Shown: positions 8,600-19,570, counted from the first letter of the stretch. The stretch is 64,000 nucleotides of DNA from an uncultured Chlorobiales bacterium (GCA_964642175.1 CAZXOK010000003.1:168333-232332), one strand, 5' to 3'. The notes: generated by a model from the sequence alone, not told the origin. Program-made: numbers and translations.

Positions 8600-10102
8600 A
8601 TGAGTCCATTGCCTTCCACTTCATCTTTATTGAAACCCATTATGGTTGTGGGAACCTCCTCCGACGCCGGTAAAAGTTTAGTTGCAGCCGGGCTGTGCCG
8701 CATTTTAAAGCAGGACGGGTATACACCTGCACCGTTTAAGGCCCAAAACATGTCTTTAAACAGCTACGCAACACCTGAAGGCTATGAAATTGGTCGTGCG
8801 CAAGCCGTGCAGGCCGAAGCTGCTGATATTGCACCACACACCGATATGAACCCGGTACTATTAAAACCAACCGGTGAAAGTGGATCGCAAATTGTGTTGA
8901 ATGGTAAACCCATCGGCAATCGTTCGGCCCGCGAGTATTACACCTCAAATGATCGGTACTACTTGTTTGAAGAGGTTTGTAAGGCCTTCGACCGGCTTAA
9001 ATCAAGGTATAACCCTATTGTGTTGGAAGGCGCCGGGAGCATTTCCGAGCTGAATCTCAAGCATCGCGATATCACCAACATGCGCATGGCCCGTTATGCC
9101 GATGCGGCCACATACCTGGTGGCTGATATTGAGCGTGGCGGGATTTTTGGGTCGGTTTATGGCACCATAAGCCTTCTTGAGCCTGATGAACGCCGGTTAG
9201 TCAAAGGCATCATCGTGAATAAATTTCGTGGAGATGCCAGCTTGTTTGAAGAAGGTAAAAAAATATTGGAATCACTAACCAACATTCCGGTTGTCGGTGT
9301 AATTCCCTATGTCCGTGATCTGGTGATAGATGAAGAAGATTCGGTGGCCTTGCATAAACGCCACACCACGCATCACCCCGGAAAACTCAATATTGCTGTG
9401 GTGCAGCTCAGCCGAATGGCCAATTACACCGATTTTCAATTCCTCGAAAAGTTTGAGAGCGTTCATCTGTATTACACCCAAGATCAACGGGAGCTTCAAA
9501 AAGCAAGCATAATTGTACTGCCGGGCAGCAAAAATACCATAGAAGACTTGCTGGAATTAAAAAAGAGGGGCATAGATAAGGTGATCAGGGATTGCTACGA
9601 AAACGCAGCCACGGTGATTGGTATTTGCGGGGGCTATCAAATGATGGGTGAAAAGATCGAAGACCCCGATCATGTTGAAAGTCATTATAAGCAGGTAGAG
9701 GGATTGGGCCTTTTGCCCATTGAAACCAGGCTGTTAAATCATAAGACCACCGAGCAACAGACCTTTCGGTTCAGAGATTTACCCAATACATGTTATGGGT
9801 ATGAAATACACATGGGGGCTACCAGGCAAACGGTATCCGAAGTTGAATCAGTGGCTGAGTTGGAAAACGGTCAGTCGGAGGGCTGCTACCTGAACGAGCG
9901 TTGCTGGGGCACTTACCTGCATGGTATTCTGGACAACCCCGGTGTTCTTGCCAGCTTGCTAAAACCGTTTCAGGTTAAGGTTGATCTTAACATTCAAGAT
10001 GATTATCGGGTATTTAAACACACACAATACGATAAGCTGGCTAACGCCTTAAGAGAAAATTTAGATATGGCATATATCTACAAAACAATTTCAACCGATT
10101 AA
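8600..10102 (+). CDS. cobQ: Cobyric acid synthase CobQ/CbiP
   Basis: 500 aa with an N-terminal P-loop-like MVVGTSSDAGKS and a C-terminal glutamine amidotransferase segment (GICGGYQMMG...EIHMG...YLHG). The start may be Met at 8642. Confidence 0.9.
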   Translation: MSPLPSTSSLLKPIMVVGTSSDAGKSLVAAGLCRILKQDGYTPAPFKAQNMSLNSYATPEGYEIGRAQAVQAEAADIAPHTDMNPVLLKPTGESGSQIVLNGKPIGNRSAREYYTSNDRYYLFEEVCKAFDRLKSRYNPIVLEGAGSISELNLKHRDITNMRMARYADAATYLVADIERGGIFGSVYGTISLLEPDERRLVKGIIVNKFRGDASLFEEGKKILESLTNIPVVGVIPYVRDLVIDEEDSVALHKRHTTHHPGKLNIAVVQLSRMANYTDFQFLEKFESVHLYYTQDQRELQKASIIVLPGSKNTIEDLLELKKRGIDKVIRDCYENAATVIGICGGYQMMGEKIEDPDHVESHYKQVEGLGLLPIETRLLNHKTTEQQTFRFRDLPNTCYGYEIHMGATRQTVSEVESVAELENGQSEGCYLNERCWGTYLHGILDNPGVLASLLKPFQVKVDLNIQDDYRVFKHTQYDKLANALRENLDMAYIYKTISTD

Positions 10103-10107
10103 AATCA

Positions 10108-11154
10108 ATGCTTTACGGACACGGAGATGATGCATATCGGCTTGGAATAACCATAAGGGCTAATTTTAGCAGCAATGTATATCCGGGAGGGCCGTCACAA
10201 AGCTTAACGAATGTCCTCAGTGAAAGCCTGGCCGATAACATGACCAGGTATCCGGAAGTTCAGGCCGAAAGCTTGCAGGAAAAAGTAGCACAGCAACATC
10301 ACCTGAAGCCGGAGCAAGTGCTGGTAAGCAATGGCGCCATTGAAGCGATTTATTTAATCGCCCAATGTTTCAGCCGCTCAACAACCACCATATTTGTGCC
10401 CACGTTTTCAGAATACGAAGATGCCTGCCGGATTTTTCAGCATCAAATAACAATTAAAGCTCAGGATGAACTTGACTTGTTACCGGATCTGCCCAAACTG
10501 CATACAGATCTTTGTTTTTTATGCAATCCGAACAATCCAACCGGTAAATTGCTCACCAAAGATCGCTTGCTCAAATGGGTTGAAAAGAATGAACAAACGA
10601 TCTTTGTGATTGATGAAGCCTTTATAGACTTTACCTTGAACCCATCCGATACCATAATCTCAGAGATTTTCAATCACAAAAACCTGATTGTGTTACGCTC
10701 CATGACAAAATTATTTGCTATTCCTGGATTGCGTTTAGGCTATGTGGTTTCAACTCAAGCGCTTATTAAAACATTAAATGCGTTTAAGCAACCCTGGTCG
10801 GTCAATGCGTTTGCCATCTCGGCCGGAACCTATATCATGGAGCATTACCGTATGTTGTTACCCAATATTCCGGCTTTGCTGGAAGAAACCAGGCGTTTTA
10901 TGGCACAGTTAAAAGCTCTGCCGGGACTTGCGGTAGGCCAGAGTGATGTGCATTTTATGTTGTGCGAGCTTACAAGGGGTAACGCTAAGGATCTGAAGGA
11001 TTATTTGGTTAAAAGACACGGCATGCTTGTTCGGGATGCATCTAATTTCAAGGGGTGCCAAAAAGGACATTTTCGATTGGCTACTCAAACAGACAGGCAA
11101 AACCGGCAACTGATTTCGGCGATAGCAGAATGGACGACAATCACATCGCGTTAA
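10108..11154 (+). CDS. cobD: L-threonine-O-3-phosphate decarboxylase CobD (class I/II aminotransferase fold)
   Basis: 348 aa. MLYGHGDDAYRLG...NFSSNVYPGGP, NPNNPTG and LRSMTKLFAIPGLRLGY (PLP lysine motif). It sits between cobQ and cbiB. Confidence 0.8.
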   Translation: MLYGHGDDAYRLGITIRANFSSNVYPGGPSQSLTNVLSESLADNMTRYPEVQAESLQEKVAQQHHLKPEQVLVSNGAIEAIYLIAQCFSRSTTTIFVPTFSEYEDACRIFQHQITIKAQDELDLLPDLPKLHTDLCFLCNPNNPTGKLLTKDRLLKWVEKNEQTIFVIDEAFIDFTLNPSDTIISEIFNHKNLIVLRSMTKLFAIPGLRLGYVVSTQALIKTLNAFKQPWSVNAFAISAGTYIMEHYRMLLPNIPALLEETRRFMAQLKALPGLAVGQSDVHFMLCELTRGNAKDLKDYLVKRHGMLVRDASNFKGCQKGHFRLATQTDRQNRQLISAIAEWTTITSR

Positions 11155-12077
11155 TTCTTGGTTTGTGGATCGGACTGGGTTTGGACTTTTGGCTGGCTGA
11201 TCCGCCATGGCTGCCACATCCGGTGGTTGGCTTTGGTCGTTTAATTGCCGTGGGTGAGCAATGGTTGAACAAAGCCCGGGTGCGACTACTGAAAGGTGCA
11301 TTGCTGGCTGTTGGGCTTGTGGTTTCCGTATTTGCTGTGATTTATGCCGTCCAGGCCTGGCTGAGTGCATGTCATCCGGTTTTTTCTATAGCGTTCAACA
11401 GCATCGTAGTATTTTATTGCCTGGCCAATAAAGGGTTGATTCAGGAAGGAAAAGCCGTGTATGATGCTTTTGAAAACCAGGGACTGCAAGCAGCTCAGAA
11501 CCAGCTTAGCCGAATTGTTGGCCGGGAAACAGAGCGGCTGGATCCTAATCAGGTCAGAACCGCCGCTCTTGAAAGTATGTCTGAGAACCTAAGCGATGGG
11601 GTGGTGGCGCCTTTGTTTTTCTATGCCATATTAGGCCCGCCCGGCATGATGGCTTACAAAATGGCCAGTACTCTGGATTCGATGATCGGGTATAAAAATG
11701 AACGATACAACCAGTTCGGTAAAGCGGCTGCCCGGCTGGATGATCTGCTCAATTACATTCCGGCACGCCTAACCGTGTTACTCATATATCTGGTCAGCTT
11801 TAAGACTAAAGCATTAACATTTGCCGGCCGGTTTGGCAAATGCCACAGCAGCCCGAATGCCGGTTATCCTGAAGCAGCGCTCTCTGGTGTTCTGGATTGC
11901 CAGTTTGGCGGCCCGAATTGGTATCATGGAGCCCTGATCAACAAACCATTTATCGGAGAAACCGATCGGGAGATAACCAGTCAGGATCTACAAACCACCG
12001 TGCGAATAAACACCCGGGTTACGCTTCTCTTATGTGCTCTGATAAGTTTTGCGTGGTGGGTGGCAAGACATGGTTAA
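11130..12077 (+). CDS. cbiB: Adenosylcobinamide-phosphate synthase CbiB
   Basis: Membrane protein MDDNHIALILGLWIGLGLDFWLADPPWLPHPVVGFG...SENLSDGVVAPLFFYAILGPPGMMAYKMASTLDSMIGY. I chose the Met at 11130; the track ORF starts at 11055, inside cobD. Confidence 0.85.
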   Translation: MDDNHIALILGLWIGLGLDFWLADPPWLPHPVVGFGRLIAVGEQWLNKARVRLLKGALLAVGLVVSVFAVIYAVQAWLSACHPVFSIAFNSIVVFYCLANKGLIQEGKAVYDAFENQGLQAAQNQLSRIVGRETERLDPNQVRTAALESMSENLSDGVVAPLFFYAILGPPGMMAYKMASTLDSMIGYKNERYNQFGKAAARLDDLLNYIPARLTVLLIYLVSFKTKALTFAGRFGKCHSSPNAGYPEAALSGVLDCQFGGPNWYHGALINKPFIGETDREITSQDLQTTVRINTRVTLLLCALISFAWWVARHG

Positions 12078-12116
12078 AAACCACATGTGATCGCTAATGG
12101 AGATATCAAAAAAATA

Positions 12117-12683
12117 ATGTCCAATAAGTTTATTATTACCGGCGGCCCGGGTAGTGGAAAAAGTACGCTGTGCCAAGTATTAAAGAATAAGAGGCAGAGA
12201 TGCTTCGATGAGGTTTCACGGCAGATTATAAAACAAGAAACGCAAAAAACGGACGGGATTTTGCCATGGGAAAACTTGCCGGATTTTGCCGGGTTAGTGC
12301 TTGAAGAAATGAAGCGACAGTGCCAGCAAGCCGCATCTGTAAAAGAGGTGTGTTTTTTTGATCGGGGCATTCCCGATATTTTTGGTTATTTACAGCATCA
12401 CACCTTTCCCATTCCTGACCGGTATTACGAGTGTCTTCGTGAGTGCAACTATAACATGAATGTGTTCATCCTGCCGCCTTGGCCGGATATTTATGTTCAG
12501 GACTCGGAGCGCTGGCAATCGTTTGAAGAATCTGTTGAGTTATATCAGGCCCTCCGGGAAGCCTATGCAAGGCTGGGTTATGTGTTGTGGGAATTACCTA
12601 AGCATTCTCCGGAAAACAGAGCCAGGTATGTGCTTGAACTTCTGGATCATGTTCAACCGCCACATGTTCAAAAAACGGATTAA
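12117..12683 (+). CDS. P-loop NTPase, AAA_28 / small-molecule-kinase-like
   Basis: MSNKFIITGGPGSGKSTL Walker A at the N-terminus, about 190 aa, and a GGAG 13 nt upstream of the ATG. It is the last gene of the cobQ-cobD-cbiB string. The function is not recognisable from the sequence. Confidence 0.55.
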   Translation: MSNKFIITGGPGSGKSTLCQVLKNKRQRCFDEVSRQIIKQETQKTDGILPWENLPDFAGLVLEEMKRQCQQAASVKEVCFFDRGIPDIFGYLQHHTFPIPDRYYECLRECNYNMNVFILPPWPDIYVQDSERWQSFEESVELYQALREAYARLGYVLWELPKHSPENRARYVLELLDHVQPPHVQKTD

Positions 12684-12821
12684 AAGTTTTTAAATAAAAG
12701 AGTTGAGAGGGGAGAACTTCTGACCTCAGCTATGGACAAGGTGGCGCTTCAACAAAAGGCGCCTAAACTATATGCGTAACGGATTTTTTTCAAAGGTATT
12801 GATTGATAATCACCGTTTCAA

Positions 12822-14081
12822 TCACGCCTTTACCTTGATCACTTCGCTGAGCTGGGTGGAGTAGCGGGGCGAGAGCCGCTCCTGGCGCATTTTCCAGGTG
12901 CGTCCCAGATCCTGAACCGCAAATTTCACCATGGCTTTTCCTGTTTCGCGGTTGATTTTATCCACGGCCTGCATCACGGCTTTATGCCGTGCATTTGGTT
13001 GTGCAAACAGGTTTTGCTGGATATACCGATCCGAACAAATATCCATGACGATCACACCGGCTTTTTTGTAATGGTATCCTTGTTTAAAAATCGTCTTTAA
13101 CCCGTGCGTGGCGTGCCCGATCAGGTCGATGGTAGAATTGGTGGGAAAGGGCAGGGTAACCACCACACTTCGGTAATACTGGCCCAGGTCTTTCCGGTGC
13201 GGATTGGTATGCAGGAACACCAGCAGCGCGTTGCAGCAGGAGTGTTGCTTGCGGAGTTTTTCGGCGCATTTGGCTGCAAAGGTAGCTACGCGTTCTTCAA
13301 TCTGGCCGAATTTGGTGTAATTGCCATCAAAGGTGCGTGTGGTGGCAATGTTTTTCTTGGCTTTGCTTTCTTCGAGTTCAAAACTGGGTACGCCTTCCAG
13401 GTCTTTTTTGAGCCGCAGCCCCATCACGGTCATGTGTTTTCGTACCCACGCATCCGGCAATTGGGTAAATTGCAGCGCATTTTTAATGCCTCTGGCGTTC
13501 AGCAGGCGCGTGTAAGCCCCGCCAATGCCCCAGACATCTTCCACCTTAAAGTAATTCAGGGCCTTGAGGCGTTTGGCCTCGGTATCCAGCACATACACAC
13601 CGTTCCACTCTTTCGGGAATTTCTTGGCAATTTTATTAGCCACCTTGGAGAGTGCCTTGGTGGGTGCAAACCCGATGCTGATGGGAATACCGGTGGCTTT
13701 ACCGACTTTGTTCTTCATCTCAAGCCCGTAAGCGCGCAGATCCCAATCGTCAAAGCCTTCGAACTTCAGAAACGCTTCATCAATGCTGTAGATCTCCATT
13801 TCCGGGGCAAACGAGCTGAGCATGGTCATCACACGGTTGCTCATATCGCCGTACAAGGCAAAGTTCGAAGAGAACACCGCCACGTTATGTTCTTCAATGA
13901 GTTGTTTAAGCTCGAAGGCCGGCGCCCCCATGGGAATACCCAGGGCTTTGGCTTCATTGCTCCGGGCGATCACGCAGCCATCGTTGTTGGAGAGCACCAC
14001 CACGGGTTTGCCGTTTAAATCCGGCCGGAACACCCGCTCGCAGGAGGCATAAAAGTTATTTCCATCTACCAGCGCATACAT
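12822..14081 (-). CDS. umuC: Y-family translesion DNA polymerase V subunit UmuC
   Basis: [49 protein letters not shown]. The start at 14081 lies 1 nt after the umuD stop. Confidence 0.9.
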   Translation of the reverse strand: MYALVDGNNFYASCERVFRPDLNGKPVVVLSNNDGCVIARSNEAKALGIPMGAPAFELKQLIEEHNVAVFSSNFALYGDMSNRVMTMLSSFAPEMEIYSIDEAFLKFEGFDDWDLRAYGLEMKNKVGKATGIPISIGFAPTKALSKVANKIAKKFPKEWNGVYVLDTEAKRLKALNYFKVEDVWGIGGAYTRLLNARGIKNALQFTQLPDAWVRKHMTVMGLRLKKDLEGVPSFELEESKAKKNIATTRTFDGNYTKFGQIEERVATFAAKCAEKLRKQHSCCNALLVFLHTNPHRKDLGQYYRSVVVTLPFPTNSTIDLIGHATHGLKTIFKQGYHYKKAGVIVMDICSDRYIQQNLFAQPNARHKAVMQAVDKINRETGKAMVKFAVQDLGRTWKMRQERLSPRYSTQLSEVIKVKA

Positions 14082-14082
14082 C

Positions 14083-14532
14083 TTAGAAAGCTTTAATGGC
14101 GTAAGTAACAATCCCCCAGATCATAAACTCGTTTTCTTCCGTTACCTTGATCTTCTTGTAATTCTCGTTGGCCGGGATCAGCCAGCAGCAATCCTTTTCG
14201 AGTTCAATTTTTTTCAGGGTGAACTCGCCATCGACAAAACACACGGCAATTTTCCCGCTTTTAGGTTCCAGGCTTTTGTCTACCACGAGCAGATCCCCGT
14301 TATTGATGCCGATATCGCACATGCTATCGCCATTGACCCGGCAAAAAAAGGTGGCGCTTGGGTTTTTGAGAAGCTCATGGTTCAGATCGATGGAGAGCTC
14401 CGAAAAATCTTCGGCCGGCGAAGGAAACCCGGCACTCACGGGACTTTCCATGAAGGGGAGTGAAATGGCCACATCCGTTGAGGCGGTAAAAAACTCCAGG
14501 ACAGGCGTGGTGTGTAATCGGCGCAGTTTCAT
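14083..14532 (-). CDS. umuD: UmuD-like S24 peptidase (LexA family)
   Basis: [11 protein letters not shown]...[23 protein letters not shown]...[17 protein letters not shown]. It lies directly upstream of umuC. Confidence 0.85.
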   Translation of the reverse strand: MKLRRLHTTPVLEFFTASTDVAISLPFMESPVSAGFPSPAEDFSELSIDLNHELLKNPSATFFCRVNGDSMCDIGINNGDLLVVDKSLEPKSGKIAVCFVDGEFTLKKIELEKDCCWLIPANENYKKIKVTEENEFMIWGIVTYAIKAF

Positions 14533-14777
14533 GCTTATACTCTTGATCTTAAAATTAACGGTAAACCAAGTCTACGGTTTTTTCAGTTAAGCGTACATCC
14601 AATATAGCATCGATCCGGCCCACAGCCTTGGCATGGTAAAAATAAACATGGGCGGTGATCAGGTTGCCGGGCCTGATTTTTTTTGATTTGTTATCATTTT
14701 GTGAATAATTTGCAGTAACATAAAGTGCAAATGTTTTTTTGTCTAATCCTAACTGTTATATTTCAACTTGATAACTT

Positions 14778-17045
14778 ATGAAACTGATTGCTACAGCGCT
14801 TCTCGTATTTATAATAGCCTGTATTTCCTCAAAAAATCTCCTTTTTGCCCAGGATCTTTCGCAGTTTCGCTTGCTGGATCAATCCACACGGAAACCGATT
14901 GTGGGAGCAACCTATCATTACAACAATAAAACAGGTATTTCCGATGAGAATGGCGTTGTTGAATTCAGGTATGTTGAAGGTACTACCATGAAACTCACGC
15001 ATATCAATTATGGGCAGTGGGTTTTGGGCGATCGCAACATCCAAAAAAGCGATCAAAAAGAATGAAGTTTTCCGAACTGCTCAAAACATCACAACTGCCC
15101 CGGTTACAGTGGTTGGATTAAGACCCACTCAAACACCTTCAGAAAAACAGGATCTGGATTATAACGATCGCCTGGCTCACGACGGGGCTGCAGTCCTTAA
15201 AAACATCCCGGCAGTTAATTATGTGCAAAAAGGTGGTAATTACGGCTCCGATCCGGTTTTACGGGGATTTAAAAATGAGCAATTGAATACTGTGATCAAC
15301 TGCGCCCAATGCGCTATTGCAGCCTGTCCTAACCGCATGGATCCCCCGACCAGCCAGGTGGCACCGAATATGATCGATAAGATTGAAGTTCTCAAAGGGC
15401 CCATACGCACTTCGTTACGGCGTTGGCCTGGGTGGTACAATACGCTATGTGCCGCAACCTCTGCGTTTTTCAGAGAGTTCGGAAATGTACGGTCGCATTT
15501 CTGCCGGTTACGAAGGCAATGCCAGCAGTAAACGCACGGAAGGGATGATAGCCACAAACGGAAAATTCCACGATATCGGTTTGTTTGCATCCGTATCAGA
15601 TGGTCAGGATTACACATCCGGAAATGGCCAACTGATCCAGGCCGACTATACCAGAAGCAGTTTTGGGATGAACCTGGGCTTTAAATTGGCTGAATACGAC
15701 CAGGTTCGCCTCTCAACGATTTTTAATGTGGCCCGCGATGCCGATTTCCCGGCATTACCGATGGACTTACGCGAAGATAATACCTTGCTGTTTGATCTCC
15801 AGTACGACAAGATTTTCGACCATGCTTACCTGGATACCTGGACAACCAATGTCTTCGGGTCTTTTGTGGATCACATGATGGATAATCGTTTGAAAGCCCT
15901 GGATCCAAGAATGGCAAATAACGAAACCGTTGCTAATACATACAATATGGGAGTCAGATCCGAAGCTTTCTGGGATCTGGAGCACGGCCCGCTCTACACC
16001 GGTTTTGATTTCAAAATGGAAGGCGCCGATGGCACCCGAACCCGGAATTATCTGATGGGTAAGCTTGCCGGCAAAACGTTAAAAGATACGGTTTGGCAGG
16101 ACAGCCGGATTATTAAATCCAGTGTTTTTGCCGAATACCACATCAAAAATCCATACACACAAATGGTCTTTTCCAGTCGCCTGGAACTCAACAATGCCAA
16201 AGCCAACAACCCAAGTACGTTTTTTCAAACTTCCTTCCAGGACTTAACTCAGACGCAGTTTAATCCAAGTGTCAGCTTTGGCGTTAATCACTATTTCAAT
16301 TACGAGTATTCCATGAGTTTATGGCTGGCCCGGGTTCAGCGAAGCCCCAGCATCATTGAACGCTATATCAACGGTTTCCCGGTTGGTAACGACAGCTACG
16401 AGCTGATTGGTAATCCGGGTTTAAAAGCCGAGGTCAACAATCAGATGGATGTAACCATGAAATGGATCACCACCCAAACCTCACTTGAACTGAATGTCTT
16501 TGCTGCATACCTTCAAAATTACATTTCATCAGTGATTGATCCTTCATTAACCCCGACACCGGGTTACACCCAGCCCCGGCGTGCGACGCTATGTCAATAT
16601 CGATAAAGCCTATAAAACCGGATTTGAAATAAGCTGGAACCAGATTTTATTCTGGGGCTTGCAGCACTGGTTTGGTGCAGCCTTTACATACGCCCAGGAT
16701 ATGGAGAGAAATGAGCCGTTACCGGAAATTGCTCCAATGGACATCCGTTATGCTTTAATTGGTAATTTTATGGAAGATAAGTTAGAGGCTGAAGTTTCAG
16801 TTCGCCATGTTCTGAAACAAACCCGGATTTCAGGTGAATTTGGCGAAACAAAAACCCCTTCATTTACCACGGTGGATACCAAGGTATCTTACAATCTCTT
16901 TTACAATGCCAATATTCATGCCGGAATCAACAACCTGTTTAATGAAAACTACTATGAGCATCTGAACCGTCCGGTTCATCTAACCGGGGATCCGATTTAC
17001 GCACCAGGCCGTAATTTTTATGCCACCATCAATTATGCTTTTTAA
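14778..17045 (+). pseudogene. TonB-dependent receptor interrupted by three frameshifts
   Basis: Four abutting ORFs (14778..15065, 15010..15531, 15383..16606, 16581..17045) together read as signal peptide, CarboxypepD_reg, plug (IDKIEVLKGP / YALRYGVGLGGTIRYV) and a barrel ending INYAF. The frame changes lie near 15046-15062 (A6/A5 runs), about 15398-15405 (AAAGGGCCC) and about 16585-16595 (CCCC). Confidence 0.8.
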
Positions 17046-17105
17046 ACGGGTTCAACAGAGTTAATTAAACCCGGAATTTGATCAGCAAACACCATAGAGC
17101 TAAAT

Positions 17106-17137
17106 AAAACACCCCGTGATCACTCACGGGGTGTTTT
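17106..17137. terminator. Bidirectional rho-independent terminator hairpin
   Basis: AAAACACCCCGTGA-TCAC-TCACGGGGTGTTTT is a perfect 14-bp stem flanked by A/T runs. It lies between convergent genes ending at 17045 (+) and 17282 (-). Confidence 0.75.
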
Positions 17138-17281
17138 ATTAACCGACGTATGAATTTATGATCACCTTTCATCAAAGCCCGACATCCTGCAGAAATCCTT
17201 CTTTATGCGAGGCAGGTTGTTCGGGTTAAGTGTTTCTGCCCCATTTACAGGGCGATCTTACCCGATCAGGGACTTAAAGGG

Positions 17282-19570
17282 TTATGCCATGTCGTTTTCT
17301 TTCGTGCGGCGATAAAAGGATATTAAAAACCCAAAGGTCAGAATATATGTGCCCAGCCAGAGGACATTGATATAGGGCTTAATGCTGGCTTCAATTAACA
17401 GAACCTCGTTTATCTGGCTTTGGGTTTCGTCCAGGCCATTTACTTTTACCAGGATCGTTCTGTCATTGGCGTTAATGCGGGTAACCGCAAACGAAATATC
17501 GGAATTCCAGGAAAGTGTATCATCGGTAATTGTGGCTTGACGGTTTTCTCCAATTTCATAGACAGGTTTCAGGGTATCGATCTTGCCATCCTGAGTTACT
17601 TCCAGCAATGACATAATTTGCATATGCTGTGCGTGACTTTCTTTTCCGTCTTCCGGGATCTCAAACTCAAACCCGATCAGGGTTATCCCAAACCCGGCCA
17701 GTGAATCGGGCTGATTTTTCTTTAACAAGCCCTGGCTAGGGTTATCGAGTAACAAATTGACCGGTGAAATATAGATATCCTTGGTTACGGTATGCAACAC
17801 ATCGGGAATATGCAGGGTCATATCTCGGGTTTGGCGGATGAGAGGCCTGGCAACCATGTTTTCATCTTCACTTGTAATTTCAACGGTAAAGGCATGCTTT
17901 TCTTCGGTAATTTTTTTCATACCGGTATAGGTCATTTGTTTACCCAGCGATGATGCCACCTGATCTTTACGAAGTTCCACTTGCTGGGTTTGATCAAAAT
18001 GCCCGGCCATAATCCCAAGCAGCATGAATGCAATGCCAATGTGCGCCAGCGAACCCCCGGTAAAGGTAATCTTTGCCCGTACAAGTGTGATAAAGTTCTG
18101 AACATTGGCTACCAGCGAGAACATGGCTGTAAAGGCAAGCATAAGCAACGGGATGCTGTGCAGGCCAACAAACATCATTACCGCGGTAAAAATTGCTGCG
18201 ATTATCATTGAGGGGAGCGTGGCTAAAACAACTTGTTTTGCCGATTCCATTTTACTGCCCGTGAATGGGCCGATCGATAAGAACAATGCCATCAAAATGG
18301 CCAGTGGCAGGGTTACACGATTGTAAAATTCCGGCAGTACCGGGTCGGGATTGCTTGTAAACAACCGGTTAATAATGGGAGCCGAGGTGCCTGCTGCTAC
18401 AACTAAAGCAATCAGCAGTAACGATATGGCGCCACCCAGCAGCATAAATTCGCGGGACAAAGCCGATTGATATATACTGGGTTTTGGTGAGTTGCCGGTT
18501 CGGGTGATTAAAAATCCCAGTCCCATGAAAAAAAACACCAAAACAAAGCTCAGAAGCTGTTGCGATAATCCCAGGTCTCCAAAGGAATGAACCGAAAAAT
18601 CCCCCAGAACACCGCTTCGTGTCAGGAAGGTGCTGTAAATAACAGAGATATAGGTTAAAAGTGCCAGGGCGAGATTTGTGCGTACCAGACCGCCGGTTTT
18701 CTTTTGAATGATCATGGTATGGATCAGGGCCGCGCCAAGAAGCCAGGGAACAAGCGAGGAGTTTTCAACCGGGTCCCAACCCCAGTAACCACCCCAGCCG
18801 AGCACTTTATAAGACCAGTAACCACCCATAATAATTCCAAGCCCCAACATGGCTGTGCTGAAAATAACCCAGGGCATGGCATTAAACACCCAGTCATTAA
18901 AATCTTTTTGCCATAAGGCCGATATGGCGTAGGCAAAGGGGACTAAAAGCGCGGCAAAACCCACAAACAGAACCGGCGGATGCATCACCATCCAGGGATT
19001 CTGAAGCAGGGGATTGAGGCCATGGCCTTCAGGAATTTTGGCAAGGGTGAGCGAAAACAAATTTGAATCTTTTATTACGCCAGGAGCCAGGGCAAAAAGA
19101 TTACTGCCAATTTTTAAACCACTTGGTAGTTCCACACCCAGCAACATCGATAGCATAAAGGCTTGGGAAAAGAGGATCACGGCCATCACGATCGGTTGTG
19201 GCTTGCTGGCAAAGCGTAAAAGGGCCCAACCGCAAAGAGCAGCAAAAAATATCCATAACAGGAAACTGCCTTCCTGACCCGCATAAAAAGTGGAAATCAG
19301 GTAAAATACATTCAGATCGCTGGAGGTGTAGCTTTTAACATAACTGTATTCAAATTGATGGGTCATGATCAGGTACAACAGGCGGGCACCGGCAAAAGAT
19401 ATCCCTGCCAGCATGGTATAAAAGCCGGTTTTCCCTCTTGATTGCCACTCTTCAACTTGGTTTGGCTTTAAGGATGATGAAGTGGATTTGAGATAAGCCC
19501 AAATTGAAAATATTGCTGCAATAAAGGCCAGTATAATCCAGAATTGTCCTAATAAAAACTCAATCAACAT
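17282..19570 (-). CDS. ccmF: Cytochrome c maturation haem lyase, CcmF/NrfE family
   Basis: 762 aa, polytopic, with the tryptophan-rich WWD-type motif WGGYWGWDPVENSSLVPWL. A C-terminal periplasmic segment is followed by a final TM helix. The reading frame is intact. Confidence 0.8.
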   Translation of the reverse strand: MLIEFLLGQFWIILAFIAAIFSIWAYLKSTSSSLKPNQVEEWQSRGKTGFYTMLAGISFAGARLLYLIMTHQFEYSYVKSYTSSDLNVFYLISTFYAGQEGSFLLWIFFAALCGWALLRFASKPQPIVMAVILFSQAFMLSMLLGVELPSGLKIGSNLFALAPGVIKDSNLFSLTLAKIPEGHGLNPLLQNPWMVMHPPVLFVGFAALLVPFAYAISALWQKDFNDWVFNAMPWVIFSTAMLGLGIIMGGYWSYKVLGWGGYWGWDPVENSSLVPWLLGAALIHTMIIQKKTGGLVRTNLALALLTYISVIYSTFLTRSGVLGDFSVHSFGDLGLSQQLLSFVLVFFFMGLGFLITRTGNSPKPSIYQSALSREFMLLGGAISLLLIALVVAAGTSAPIINRLFTSNPDPVLPEFYNRVTLPLAILMALFLSIGPFTGSKMESAKQVVLATLPSMIIAAIFTAVMMFVGLHSIPLLMLAFTAMFSLVANVQNFITLVRAKITFTGGSLAHIGIAFMLLGIMAGHFDQTQQVELRKDQVASSLGKQMTYTGMKKITEEKHAFTVEITSEDENMVARPLIRQTRDMTLHIPDVLHTVTKDIYISPVNLLLDNPSQGLLKKNQPDSLAGFGITLIGFEFEIPEDGKESHAQHMQIMSLLEVTQDGKIDTLKPVYEIGENRQATITDDTLSWNSDISFAVTRINANDRTILVKVNGLDETQSQINEVLLIEASIKPYINVLWLGTYILTFGFLISFYRRTKENDMA

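Noticed and set aside
12756-12768. The 13-mer AAGGCGCCTAAAC (preceded by A-runs) occurs twice, here and at 36997-37009, both in intergenic DNA.
   Set aside because: There are only two copies, they are short and have no extended flanking similarity. The GGCGCC palindrome followed by T-runs on the minus strand could be a trivial terminator-like fragment. This is not enough to call a repeat family.
13104-14018. 304-aa ORF on the plus strand inside umuC. Similar long antisense ORFs lie at 36352..36963 (inside the PfkB kinase), 27686..28159 (inside the TatD gene), 24153..24668 (inside the TPR gene), 10909..11370 and 33512..33958.
   Set aside because: Each lies fully antisense to a gene with strong family motifs. 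Their products are low-complexity or His/Gly/Phe-rich with no recognisable motifs. They are typical shadow ORFs.
12822-14532. umuDC as a horizontally acquired cassette, because it looked somewhat more G+C-rich than its neighbours.
   Set aside because: Spot counts (about 48-58%) overlap those of the adjacent cobalamin genes (about 48%). No flanking repeats or mobility genes were seen, so the evidence is insufficient.
14709-14731. Inverted repeat TTTGCA-N11-TGCAAA between umuD and the frameshifted receptor, considered as a LexA/SOS operator.
   Set aside because: It matches neither CTGT-N8-ACAG nor GAAC-N4-GTTC consensus boxes. I do not know the LexA motif for this lineage. A 6-bp arm in AT-rich DNA is easily chance, and no similar site was seen upstream of the exonuclease-GIY-YIG gene.
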